64,000 bases of DNA from Candidatus Latescibacterota bacterium (GTDB lineage: Bacteria > Latescibacterota > UBA2968 > UBA8231): assembly GCA_965203175.1 (NCBI GenBank), contig OZ241867.1:4928001-4992000 (forward strand), read 5' to 3'. Positions 28,062 to 37,077 of this stretch are shown one piece after another. Made by a program: the position numbers and the translations under genes. The notes under the pieces were generated by a model. It was not told where the DNA came from. It saw only the letters and a list, made by a program, of their open reading frames with translations, and did not search any database. Each line of letters opens with the position of its first letter. The first letter of the stretch is position 1.

Positions 28062-29384
28062 TTATTTTGACGAGTACGTTTTAATCGCATTTCGGAAAGC
28101 AGCACCACAAAGCCATATCCAAACTAATCGAAAAATACCTATTATGTTTAATCCAACTTCACCCAACAAAAATTCTCTCTCAATGATCGTATACGTACAA
28201 TTGTCAAGAACATCCTTTAAGCTATCTGCATAAAAAAATATCTTAGCAGGTGTATATGTACAGAAATTCAAATACGTCTCCCAAGATACCTCTCTCATTC
28301 CACCAAACCTAGCCCAAATAAGTGGTATAGAATTAATAATGAAATATCCCAAAAGCAACAAGCTAATAGGCCGAATCCAAGACATATAAAAACGAGACGA
28401 TGTCCAACGCCATCCCAATAAAAGCCAATTTTGTAACCCTCGCCAACTCTTGTACCATTTGCTGTTTTTCACTTCTGCATATTCAACCAATGAAATATAG
28501 CTAGCAATAGTATTCTCTTGATCTATATCATTTCTCATATGTGCTAAATTTTTCAACCTAACAAACAGATCCTTCATATAATAAAATTCTCCAACATATG
28601 TTCTTACATAACAAGTATCCAGTAATCTCCATCCTATTTTCTCATTGCGATCAAAAGATATACTTAACAAAGTATACTCCTGAACATCATCATATTTCAC
28701 AACATCACCGTGATGATCAAATTTTCTACGATTAACCATCTGATCCCACTTCAAAACATTCACTTCATTACCACCAATAAAACGACAGCTTATTGGATAC
28801 CTAAACGGAAAAGGAAAATCTAAATTCAACTCCATAAATCTATTTTCTTTAAATTCCAAAGATATCCACTTTCTTTTGTCAATATCATTACTCTTAATAG
28901 TAACATGCGAAAAATTATTTTTTTCAAAAACTACACTGCTGCGACCTGGAAAAGAAAACGAACAATTTCCTGTGCTTCTTGCAAAACTCAATGATTCTCC
29001 AATATAAGGATCATCAAATTCAGGAATAAATTTTATACCAGTCTCCCCAATATTACTCTTAAAAAAACGACAACTATCGAAATGTAAACTCGCTGACATA
29101 TTCGAAACTCCATATCTTATCTCAACCTCATGATTAGAACAACTTTCGTCGCGACTATCAGTGATTTCAATATCAAGATTTTTTATATGGAGAACTACAA
29201 CATCCCAACCTCTTTCATTATTACTACCACTTGCTAAACTCCATCGAACATACCCTTCTAATACACTTCCCTCACCTGGTATTACTTGCTTACTCAAAAT
29301 ACGGGATAACTCATCACTCAAAGCACGAGACAACTCATCGCAAGGCACCTCTTTTCTTGTCTTAACGGATTCTTGTTCGGACAT
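28062..29384 (-). CDS. AT-rich orphan membrane protein
   Basis: 440-aa ORF, visibly AT-rich; C-terminal hydrophobic helices (PISLLLLGYFIINSIPLIW; LNIIGIFRLVWIWLCGAAF). Confidence 0.75.
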   Translation of the reverse strand: MSEQESVKTRKEVPCDELSRALSDELSRILSKQVIPGEGSVLEGYVRWSLASGSNNERGWDVVVLHIKNLDIEITDSRDESCSNHEVEIRYGVSNMSASLHFDSCRFFKSNIGETGIKFIPEFDDPYIGESLSFARSTGNCSFSFPGRSSVVFEKNNFSHVTIKSNDIDKRKWISLEFKENRFMELNLDFPFPFRYPISCRFIGGNEVNVLKWDQMVNRRKFDHHGDVVKYDDVQEYTLLSISFDRNEKIGWRLLDTCYVRTYVGEFYYMKDLFVRLKNLAHMRNDIDQENTIASYISLVEYAEVKNSKWYKSWRGLQNWLLLGWRWTSSRFYMSWIRPISLLLLGYFIINSIPLIWARFGGMREVSWETYLNFCTYTPAKIFFYADSLKDVLDNCTYTIIEREFLLGEVGLNIIGIFRLVWIWLCGAAFRNAIKTYSSK

Positions 29385-29445
29385 TCCATAGATCCTTTAA
29401 AAAAATTGATAATACTCGTCCTATAACCATATAACCAAAGCGAAT

Positions 29446-29814
29446 TTAAGACATCTCTAGGGCGCGTTTGACCGATCTGGGGTCACGGGCGATTAGGCGC
29501 AGGAGCGTGCGGGCCGCCTGATCCGGTTGATAGCGCCCCTGTTCCCAGTCTCGCACCGTCGCCAAAGAAAGCTGAAACGTAGTGGCGAATTCGCGCTGAG
29601 TTAAACGCAGGGCCTTGCGGATCGCCTTAGTGTCGGGAACGCGCTCAAATGCTTCGAGCTCCTCATCCGTCAAAGGTGTATTGTCGGGATCGGACAACGC
29701 GGCCTTCTCAATATCCTCGTCGCTCATGGCATCGAGACGTTGCGCCTGGGCCTTGCTCAGACGCGGTAGGTTCTTTTCATCCAGCCTAAATTTCGTGGTA
29801 TTTTCTTCGCTCAT
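29446..29814 (-). CDS. HTH (Xre/HigA-like) antitoxin
   Basis: MSDEDIEKAALSDPD, IRKALRLTQREFA, TVRDWEQGR..PD. Confidence 0.88.
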   Translation of the reverse strand: MSEENTTKFRLDEKNLPRLSKAQAQRLDAMSDEDIEKAALSDPDNTPLTDEELEAFERVPDTKAIRKALRLTQREFATTFQLSLATVRDWEQGRYQPDQAARTLLRLIARDPRSVKRALEMS

Positions 29815-30056
29815 GACGCGTTGCTCTCCGGGCAGAGATGATTCGAGTTCGTGAAAAACGTTCTGTAATAGACTACGAGCAACACGCGATCATCGACCAT
29901 GCCAATGACGCGACGGCGCACTTCCCCCTCGTATTCTATCAGCTCCTCTTCTTCTAATCAGTAGGGATCAAGGAACACTCGCGCGGCGTATTCAAACGGA
30001 ATCCCATGCTTGGCCAGATTCATCGCCGCTTTGTCCTCATCCCATTCGAATTCCAT
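29786..30056 (-). pseudogene. brnT: BrnT-family toxin pseudogene
   Basis: MEFEWDEDKAAMNLAKHGIPFE...LDPY*LEE...LLVVY, frameshift, then TERFSRTRIISARRATRHERRKY. Confidence 0.85.
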
Positions 30057-30119
30057 GAGACTAATATACGGGATTCCCGTAGTTCTATCAATGAAGGCGT
30101 GGACTGCCAACCCAGCCCT

Positions 30120-30201
30120 CGCCGATTACCTTGACGTCGGCGACGAGCACTAACTACTTTCTCTGCTGTACACAGGATTGTCCATGCCCTTCCAAACATG
30201 A
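30120..30201 (+). repeat. Copy 2 of iron-ADH promoter + RBS + first codons (MPFQT*)
   Basis: Colinear with 31445-31524 including ATGCCCTTCCAAAC. Confidence 0.85.
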
Positions 30202-30207
30202 GACGCG

Positions 30208-31425
30208 ATGTTAGCTTTCAAACCACCGAAACCGAGTGTGACGACGATTCAAACTATACAAGCCCTGATACCGCTTGTGAATCGCTTGTATTTGAAAGGG
30301 CTAACGCTGGATGTCGATGCAGAGTCCATTGCTCGGTTGGAGGCCATACGCGGGCATTCTACGGTCTTAGCCCCTAACCATCCGGCGCACGAAGATCCTA
30401 TGGTTATGTTCCTCTTGTCAAAGCGGTTATCGCAACCGTTCTACTACATGGCAGCTCGGGAAGCCTTCGACAGGGGTAGATTCGGGACTATCCGATGCTA
30501 TCTGATGCAGCGGTGCGGTGTGTACTCGGTTGTGCGCGGCACTGTAGATAGAGATGCCTTTCGCATGACGCGGGCGCTTTTGTTTAAGGGCGATTGGCCG
30601 ATTGTCATCTTCGGCGAAGGGGAAATTTCGCGCCAAAATGATACCGTCATGCGCTTTGAGAGAGGCATTGTCCAGATGTGCTTCTGGGCTTTGGACGATA
30701 TGGAAAAAGCGCAAGTCGGCAAATCGCTCTACGCTGTGCCCGTCGGCATCAAATATCACTATCCACGCGACATGTGGAATTCTATTGATGTTGCTCTCAC
30801 GAGGTTAGAACGGTATATCCTCCCGCCTGCCGAACAGATGCCAGTAGAGCGCTACGATCGATTGCGCCGCATCGGTGTCGCGATAGTCAGGACACTCGCA
30901 GCGGAATATCAGTATAAGATGGACGAAACCGTGTCCCTTGATGTCCATATCGAAAGGCTGAAAGATGCGATCCTGTCCCATGCCGAAGGGATTATGGGCA
31001 TCCAAACTGAATCCGACATACTCACAAGGACGCGTGCGTTGAAAAACATAGTCGATGCCGAAATTTATAAGGACATTGAGCAGATGACGGAGTACGAGCA
31101 GAAAATACACGGAGAGCAGCTCCAGAAATTTCAACAATTCTATCCCGATCTGGAGCGGTTGATCAATTTTATATCAATCTCTGACGGGTATGTTGCTGAA
31201 GAACCGTCGCCAGAGCGATTTCTCGATGTGATTCTCCGTCTTGAAAGAGAAGTCTTTGGTAGGTCAGAAATGCGCGGGCCGCGAGTGGCATCCGTCCGCG
31301 TCGGCGAACCGAAAGATCTTCGGGAACGTTACGACACCTACAGAACTCAAAAAAGAGAAACAGTAGAACAGATAACCCATGAACTTGAAACATCGGTTCA
31401 GAGTTTGGTCGGCGGGTCATCCTAA
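30208..31425 (+). CDS. 1-acyl-sn-glycerol-3-phosphate acyltransferase family protein
   Basis: PNHPAHED (HxxxxD), YMAARE, IFGEGE, VPVGIKY. Confidence 0.85.
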   Translation: MLAFKPPKPSVTTIQTIQALIPLVNRLYLKGLTLDVDAESIARLEAIRGHSTVLAPNHPAHEDPMVMFLLSKRLSQPFYYMAAREAFDRGRFGTIRCYLMQRCGVYSVVRGTVDRDAFRMTRALLFKGDWPIVIFGEGEISRQNDTVMRFERGIVQMCFWALDDMEKAQVGKSLYAVPVGIKYHYPRDMWNSIDVALTRLERYILPPAEQMPVERYDRLRRIGVAIVRTLAAEYQYKMDETVSLDVHIERLKDAILSHAEGIMGIQTESDILTRTRALKNIVDAEIYKDIEQMTEYEQKIHGEQLQKFQQFYPDLERLINFISISDGYVAEEPSPERFLDVILRLEREVFGRSEMRGPRVASVRVGEPKDLRERYDTYRTQKRETVEQITHELETSVQSLVGGSS

Positions 31426-31444
31426 CCTTATGCAGATAGCGCCC

Positions 31445-31524
31445 CGCCAGTTACCTTGACATCGACGACAAGCGCTAGCTACTTTCCCTCTTGTACATAG
31501 AGGATCGTCCATGCCCTTCCAAAC
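31445..31524 (+). promoter_or_regulatory. Iron-ADH promoter/5' end (copy 3, intact)
   Basis: TTGACA-N18-TACTTT, GAGGA RBS. Confidence 0.65.
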
Positions 31525-32662
31525 CCACTTCGACTTCCGCCATCCCACCCGTATCGTCCACGGCCCCGGGTCTATCGCCTGCTTGGCGGATTGTTTCTCA
31601 CCGGCCGACAAGGTACTGATCGTCTCCGATCAGGTCTTAGGAGAAATCGGCACCGTGGAAGCCGTCACCGCCGCTCTCGGCAACATCCCCCATGCCGTCT
31701 ATCTCAAAGACGGTTCGAGCGAGCCGACCCAAGAAGCCGTCGAAGATGGAGTCCAAGCTTACCGACAAGAACGCTGTACCGCCATCATCGGCCTCGGCGG
31801 TGGCTCGCCCATGGACGTGGCCAAGATGATCGGCGTCCTCGCATCCAATAACGGACGCATCACCCAGTATCTGGGCAGTGACAAAGTCGCAAACGATCTA
31901 CCCTATCTCGCCTGCGTTCCCACGACCTACGGCACCGCCAGCGAAGTCACGCCCTTCGCCGTACTGGACAATCCCGCCAGCGGCAACAAAGACCCAGTCA
32001 TTAGCTGGAAGATTGCGCCCCAACTCGGAGTCCTCGATCCCGATCTGTCGGTCGCCCTGCCCGCCCTCGTCGGCGCAGCTACCGGCATGGACGCCCTAAC
32101 CCACGCGCTCGAATCCTATATCAACTTAGCGGCCACGCCCCTCACCGAAGGCATCGCGCTGCACGCCATCCGCCTCATCGGCGACAACCTGCGCCTGGCC
32201 TGCGCCAACGACCACGCGCTAGCCGCCACCGAAAACATGCTCATCGCCAGCATGCTGGCCGGCGTCGCCTTTTCGCAAACGCGCCTCGGCAATGTCCACG
32301 CCATGTCCCACCCGGTCGGTGCCCACTACCACGTGCATCACGGGCTGCTCAACGCCATCTTGCTGCCCTACGTCATGGAGTTCAATTGGTTCGCCTGCCC
32401 CGGCAAATTCGCCGCCATTGCCGAAGCACTCGGCGCGCACACTGCCGGATTAGACCAACGCCAAGCCGCGCACGCCGCCATCTCCGCAGTGCGACACATC
32501 AACGCCGACTTAGGCATCCCCGTCAAGCTAGGGGATGTCGGCGTCGATACGGCCCGCATCCGCACTATGGCACAAACCGCCATGCAGAGCGGCAACATCT
32601 CCGTCAACCCGCGCAAGACCAGCCAGCGCGACCTTGAAGTTCTATTCCAACAAGCCATTTAG
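31511..32662 (+). CDS. Iron-containing alcohol dehydrogenase
   Basis: GLGGGSPMD, VPTTYGTASEVT, GMDALTHALE, HAMSH, HGLLN. Confidence 0.93.
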   Translation: MPFQTHFDFRHPTRIVHGPGSIACLADCFSPADKVLIVSDQVLGEIGTVEAVTAALGNIPHAVYLKDGSSEPTQEAVEDGVQAYRQERCTAIIGLGGGSPMDVAKMIGVLASNNGRITQYLGSDKVANDLPYLACVPTTYGTASEVTPFAVLDNPASGNKDPVISWKIAPQLGVLDPDLSVALPALVGAATGMDALTHALESYINLAATPLTEGIALHAIRLIGDNLRLACANDHALAATENMLIASMLAGVAFSQTRLGNVHAMSHPVGAHYHVHHGLLNAILLPYVMEFNWFACPGKFAAIAEALGAHTAGLDQRQAAHAAISAVRHINADLGIPVKLGDVGVDTARIRTMAQTAMQSGNISVNPRKTSQRDLEVLFQQAI

Positions 32663-32672
32663 GAGGTCCACC

Positions 32673-33932
32673 ATGTCTCTGCCCCGCATGCTCCGCGTCC
32701 GCCAGATTTTTTCCGCGCCCACCGTCGAAGACATTCCCGCGGCCGTGCGAGCCGAAGTCCAGCGCCTCGACTTAGGCCCCAAAATCAATCCCGGTGAGAC
32801 CATCGCCATCTCGGTCGGCAGCCGCGGCATTGCCAACATCGCGCTCGTGATCAAAAGCCTCGTGGACGAGTTCAAGGACCTCGGTCTCCAGCCCTTCCTC
32901 GTTCCCGCCATGGGCAGCCACGGCGGCGGCATCGCCGAGGCCCAGCAGGAAATCATTGAAGGCTACGGCGTCACCGAAGAGTACACCGGCGTGCCCATAA
33001 AGTCATCTATGGAAACCGTACAGGTAGGTGCAACCGAAGACGGCGTTCCCGTCTTTTTCGACAAATACGCCTTTGAAGCCGATCACGTAGCCGTCGTCGG
33101 CCGCGTCAAGCCGCACACTAACTTTGTCGGCGAGATCGAAAGCGGCCTGCACAAGATGATGCTCATCGGCTTGGGCAAGCACAAAGGCGCGGCCCTGTAC
33201 CACCAAGCCATTGTCCACTACAGCTTCGACCGCATCATCCGCTCGGTCGGCCAAGCCGTCATTGACCAGTGCGGCGTGCTCATGGGGCTGGGCTTAGTCG
33301 AAAACCAGTACGACCAAACCGCGCTCATCAAGGGTGTAGGAGCCGACGAGTTCGTGGAACGCGAAAAGGAACTGCTAGTCCTCGCCAAGGAATGGATGCC
33401 GCGCCTGCCTTTCGACGAAGTCGATCTGCTCATCGTCGATGCGATCGGCAAAAACATCTCCGGCGCCGGCATGGACACCAACGTCGTCGGCCGCAAGTTC
33501 CACGACAACCACGCCGCCGACAAGGAATACCCCAAGGTCACCCGCATCCTAGTCCGCAACCTGACCGAAGAAACCCACGGCAACGCCTCGGGTATCGGCA
33601 TCGCCGAGTACGCCCACAGGCGCGCCATCGAGGAGATGGACCGCGAGATCACCTACATCAACTGCATGACCGGCAACCACCCCTCGGGCGCACACATCCC
33701 GCTCTACTTCGACACGGACCGCATCTGCATTGAAAAGGCCCTGGAGACCGTCGGCCTAGTCGCGCCTGAAAACGCCAAGGTCCTGCGCATCCACAACACC
33801 CTAGAGCTAGGCGAGCTCCTCGTCTCGGAAGCCTATCGAGCCGAAGTCGAACAGCGCGAGGACTTGGAAATCATCGCCGAGGCCGAGGGAATGCCCTTCG
33901 ACGAAAACGGCGATTTGCCGCTTGCGTTCTAA
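32673..33932 (+). CDS. LarA-like (DUF2088/DUF362) protein
   Basis: VGSRGIANI, PAMGSHGGG, RVKPHT, IGLGKH, GKNISGAGMD. Confidence 0.82.
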   Translation: MSLPRMLRVRQIFSAPTVEDIPAAVRAEVQRLDLGPKINPGETIAISVGSRGIANIALVIKSLVDEFKDLGLQPFLVPAMGSHGGGIAEAQQEIIEGYGVTEEYTGVPIKSSMETVQVGATEDGVPVFFDKYAFEADHVAVVGRVKPHTNFVGEIESGLHKMMLIGLGKHKGAALYHQAIVHYSFDRIIRSVGQAVIDQCGVLMGLGLVENQYDQTALIKGVGADEFVEREKELLVLAKEWMPRLPFDEVDLLIVDAIGKNISGAGMDTNVVGRKFHDNHAADKEYPKVTRILVRNLTEETHGNASGIGIAEYAHRRAIEEMDREITYINCMTGNHPSGAHIPLYFDTDRICIEKALETVGLVAPENAKVLRIHNTLELGELLVSEAYRAEVEQREDLEIIAEAEGMPFDENGDLPLAF

Positions 33933-33962
33933 AAGTTGCGTGACTGCAAGTCAAGAGAAAAA

Positions 33963-34817
33963 ATGGACAACGACGTCCAAGACTATCTATTCGACCTCCA
34001 AGGTTATCTGGTCTTAAAAAACGCAATCTCGGCGGCAGATTTGCGCGAGATGAACCAGTGGATAGACGATCACGAATCGTATGTACAAGAGCCGTGGTCA
34101 ACCGATGGTGATCCAAAGAAAAAAGGCCGCTGGATCGGCCACATAGAAACGCACACCTACAATGAAGAAAATGGCGTCAACTTCCAAAGCATCATCGAGG
34201 GCGGCCCCGTTTTCGAGAAACTAATAGATCATCCCGCTTGGATTGACTTGGTCAAAAAGTACATTCACTCCTCAGTAAACGGCCTTTCCATCCACGAGAA
34301 CTTTCTCAACGTCCGCGGTCCGGGTGGTTACCTCCACATCCACTGCGGTGGCCATGTTCCGCTCAGTTATCTGACATTTCGCCAGAACAACACTGGAGAA
34401 TGGCTGGTCGGACAGATTAACGTATTGATGGCCCTCAACGACATCGGCGAGGGCGATGGCCCACCCGTCCTAATTCCGGGCAGCCACAAGTGCACCGAAA
34501 TCCACCCTCGGCTAGAGGTAGATGGCCGAGGCCTGATTTACGACGACGTGAGCGGCAAACCCGCCGGAACAGCCATCGCCATGCAAGAAATGTATCTAAA
34601 GGCGGGAGACGTTTTGTTATTCACCGATGCGATAACACACGGCTCGGCGGAACGCACCAATCCCGGCTATCGGCGAACGATTGTTTACCGCTATTCCCCA
34701 AAATACGTGCGCGAGCGACTCAACTATCAAATTTCAGAAGAACTGTTACAACGTTTGACTCCAGAAAGACGGGCCATTATTGTGCCCAATGCACCGCGGC
34801 GACCTCCATCCGCGTAG
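33963..34817 (+). CDS. PhyH family dioxygenase
   Basis: YLFDLQGYLVLKN, IPGSHK, KAGDVLLF...HG; HCG in place of HxD. Confidence 0.82.
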   Translation: MDNDVQDYLFDLQGYLVLKNAISAADLREMNQWIDDHESYVQEPWSTDGDPKKKGRWIGHIETHTYNEENGVNFQSIIEGGPVFEKLIDHPAWIDLVKKYIHSSVNGLSIHENFLNVRGPGGYLHIHCGGHVPLSYLTFRQNNTGEWLVGQINVLMALNDIGEGDGPPVLIPGSHKCTEIHPRLEVDGRGLIYDDVSGKPAGTAIAMQEMYLKAGDVLLFTDAITHGSAERTNPGYRRTIVYRYSPKYVRERLNYQISEELLQRLTPERRAIIVPNAPRRPPSA

Positions 34818-34832
34818 CGTGCAAGCTGCCAA

Positions 34833-36923
34833 TTAGTAAACCACCGCTACACACGCCATCCGCTCCTCGCGCTGCCGATCCGTCTCCACCGCCACCCGGA
34901 CCAAATACAAACCCGGCCCCACCAACCGGCCCGATCGATCGCGGCCATCCCATAGCACCGCATGGCGACCCGCCTCCTGTCCACTTGGACCGGTGCGCCA
35001 TAAACAACGACCGCGCAGATCGAACACCTCCACTGACACTTCGGACGCATCCAACACCTTCAGCAGCGTATAGCCGATCCGCACCTCGTCGTTCACCGCG
35101 TCTCCCTGCGGCGTAAAAGCATTCGGCTCTACTTCCATTGCGGCCAATACCGACCCCTGCGCTGTGGCCACGATCCGCAACTGATTAGTTCCCATTTCCT
35201 CGCTCACATCCCCGGCCACTACCAACTGGGGAAAACCCGCTTGGCCGCGCGCAAAGACCTCGGCGGCAATTTCTCCGGCCGCGTTGTAGAGTGCCGTCTC
35301 CAGCCGCAACCGCAGCCGCTTGACACCGTCCCCCTGGATCGGTTGCGGCAAGTACACCACAAAACCTCCGGCCTCGTCCACGACGCTATCGGGCGTGACA
35401 GCTTCCCAAGGCGCACCCATCTCCAATCCACGCAACATCCCCTCGGCCGGCGTAAGAACCCGCACGGCATCAAAGCCTGCCTGCGCATCCTCGGTAAAAC
35501 GCGCCCCAATGTCGCAGACCAGATCGACGAGATCTCCAGCGTGTACCTCGGCAACAGTTCCCTCGGGGTGCAGATCTCCGACTGCGGCCACTTCGCCTAG
35601 CACGCGTTCGGCCAACAGCGGCGCAAACTCCAACGCCAGCGAGTCGAGACGGGTAAATTCCCACAAACGCTCGGTCTCAAAGCGCACTTGGACTTGGACG
35701 AAGCGCCCCGGTGGTACCCGTGGACGGTCTCCACCCTCGCGCAGCGGAGCCGTCCAAAAACTCCAGTTGTCCGTATCGTCTATGATCGGCCCCTGCCAGC
35801 CGAGGGCTAGTGGGTCACTAGTGAATCGGCGCACCTTCAGAAACTCGTACTCAGAAAGCGGCACTTCTATCGCCTGCCCCAAATCGTCGAAGGTGTAATA
35901 GATCGTGGGCGTGTCGTCTCGGCCACTCTTGATCGCGACCTTGACCGCAGCCGGTGCCTGCGGGGCTGGCACCAGTTCGCCCGCTTCGCGCCGCCAAGTA
36001 CTCGTCCTAAACGACACCCGGCCCACATTGGCCACCTGCTCTAAGTCTATGACCCGCGATTCCCAGCGCGCCCGAGGGACAAAACCGCGACCGTAAACCT
36101 CCATTTCCGCGATGGCAAAGCGAGAGTAGAAACCAGAGCCGAGCGGCGGCCCGGCCTGCGGGGACGAACCGAGTGTCATGTCGGCCTCGCCGTCAGGGAA
36201 GGGCCGGAAGCGAAAAAAGCGCAGATAGCTCAGCGGAAATTCCACCTCAATAATCGGATCGAAATTTTGCTCCTCATCGGCCAAGACGATATCCAGCGGC
36301 GCGACCGATTTGGCAAATCCGGCGATGGGGAACACCTGACCGAGATAGGTGTACGAAGAGAGGAATTTCGGCTCTTGCGTATTGACCAGTTGCTCATCGT
36401 TGCTGGCCGTCAGCGCATAGCCTTCAAAGGCCCAGAAGGGACGATAGGGTATCTGAGTTCCCGGATCCACCCCCTCCGGCGGTACGACCACAAAGCGCTC
36501 CGCTGGTATCTGGAGTCCCATATCGAGCGTAAAAAAGACCTCTCCAGCCGGCATGATGACAGCGACAAAAGCGGTACTAATGTCGCCGTCTATGAACTTC
36601 ATGAAGTTTTGAAACTGCAACCCCCGCGATGATGTGCCCGTGCCCTGCCATATCCGGGGCATGTCGGAACGCCAGAGCGGATCAACGGGCCGCCGATAGA
36701 GCGAGCGCTCCCAGTAGGGCAATTGGGTGATTACATTCTCGTCGGGCCTTAATTCCAGCGGCTGCAGCGCTGGGGTCGCATCCTCCACCATCAGATCCAA
36801 CAACGTCCATTCCGACCACGGCGCGCCGCCGGTGCCGCCAAAGTGCAATGTGGACACTTCGGCCGCGACTTCAACGGATGATCCCAGCAATCCTATTATG
36901 GCCAAGCGGCGCCACAAGCCCAT
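34833..36923 (-). CDS. Secreted protein with C-terminal FlgD-Ig-like domain
   Basis: Signal peptide MGLWRRLAIIGLLGSSVEVAA; PNAFTPQGD...VFDLRGR...WDGRD..G..V.PGLY. Confidence 0.8.
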   Translation of the reverse strand: MGLWRRLAIIGLLGSSVEVAAEVSTLHFGGTGGAPWSEWTLLDLMVEDATPALQPLELRPDENVITQLPYWERSLYRRPVDPLWRSDMPRIWQGTGTSSRGLQFQNFMKFIDGDISTAFVAVIMPAGEVFFTLDMGLQIPAERFVVVPPEGVDPGTQIPYRPFWAFEGYALTASNDEQLVNTQEPKFLSSYTYLGQVFPIAGFAKSVAPLDIVLADEEQNFDPIIEVEFPLSYLRFFRFRPFPDGEADMTLGSSPQAGPPLGSGFYSRFAIAEMEVYGRGFVPRARWESRVIDLEQVANVGRVSFRTSTWRREAGELVPAPQAPAAVKVAIKSGRDDTPTIYYTFDDLGQAIEVPLSEYEFLKVRRFTSDPLALGWQGPIIDDTDNWSFWTAPLREGGDRPRVPPGRFVQVQVRFETERLWEFTRLDSLALEFAPLLAERVLGEVAAVGDLHPEGTVAEVHAGDLVDLVCDIGARFTEDAQAGFDAVRVLTPAEGMLRGLEMGAPWEAVTPDSVVDEAGGFVVYLPQPIQGDGVKRLRLRLETALYNAAGEIAAEVFARGQAGFPQLVVAGDVSEEMGTNQLRIVATAQGSVLAAMEVEPNAFTPQGDAVNDEVRIGYTLLKVLDASEVSVEVFDLRGRCLWRTGPSGQEAGRHAVLWDGRDRSGRLVGPGLYLVRVAVETDRQREERMACVAVVY

Positions 36924-37077
36924 ACACTTGCCTCCGGCAAATCGACGCTGCGCTGTGTCGATAATAACGATTTTGCCGCGTAGTCGTCCACGCGAAGCGC
37001 AAGCACTGGACAAGAAGCAGACAGCCCGGTTTCTTTAATTCGCAAGCAATGTCCACCTAACCCACAAAGCCCTGATC

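Noticed and set aside
8750-31440. Integron cassette array
   Set aside because: Mixed gene orientations, no intI, and no complete RYYYAAC...GTTRRRY attC found (only partial look-alikes near 17394 and 23499).
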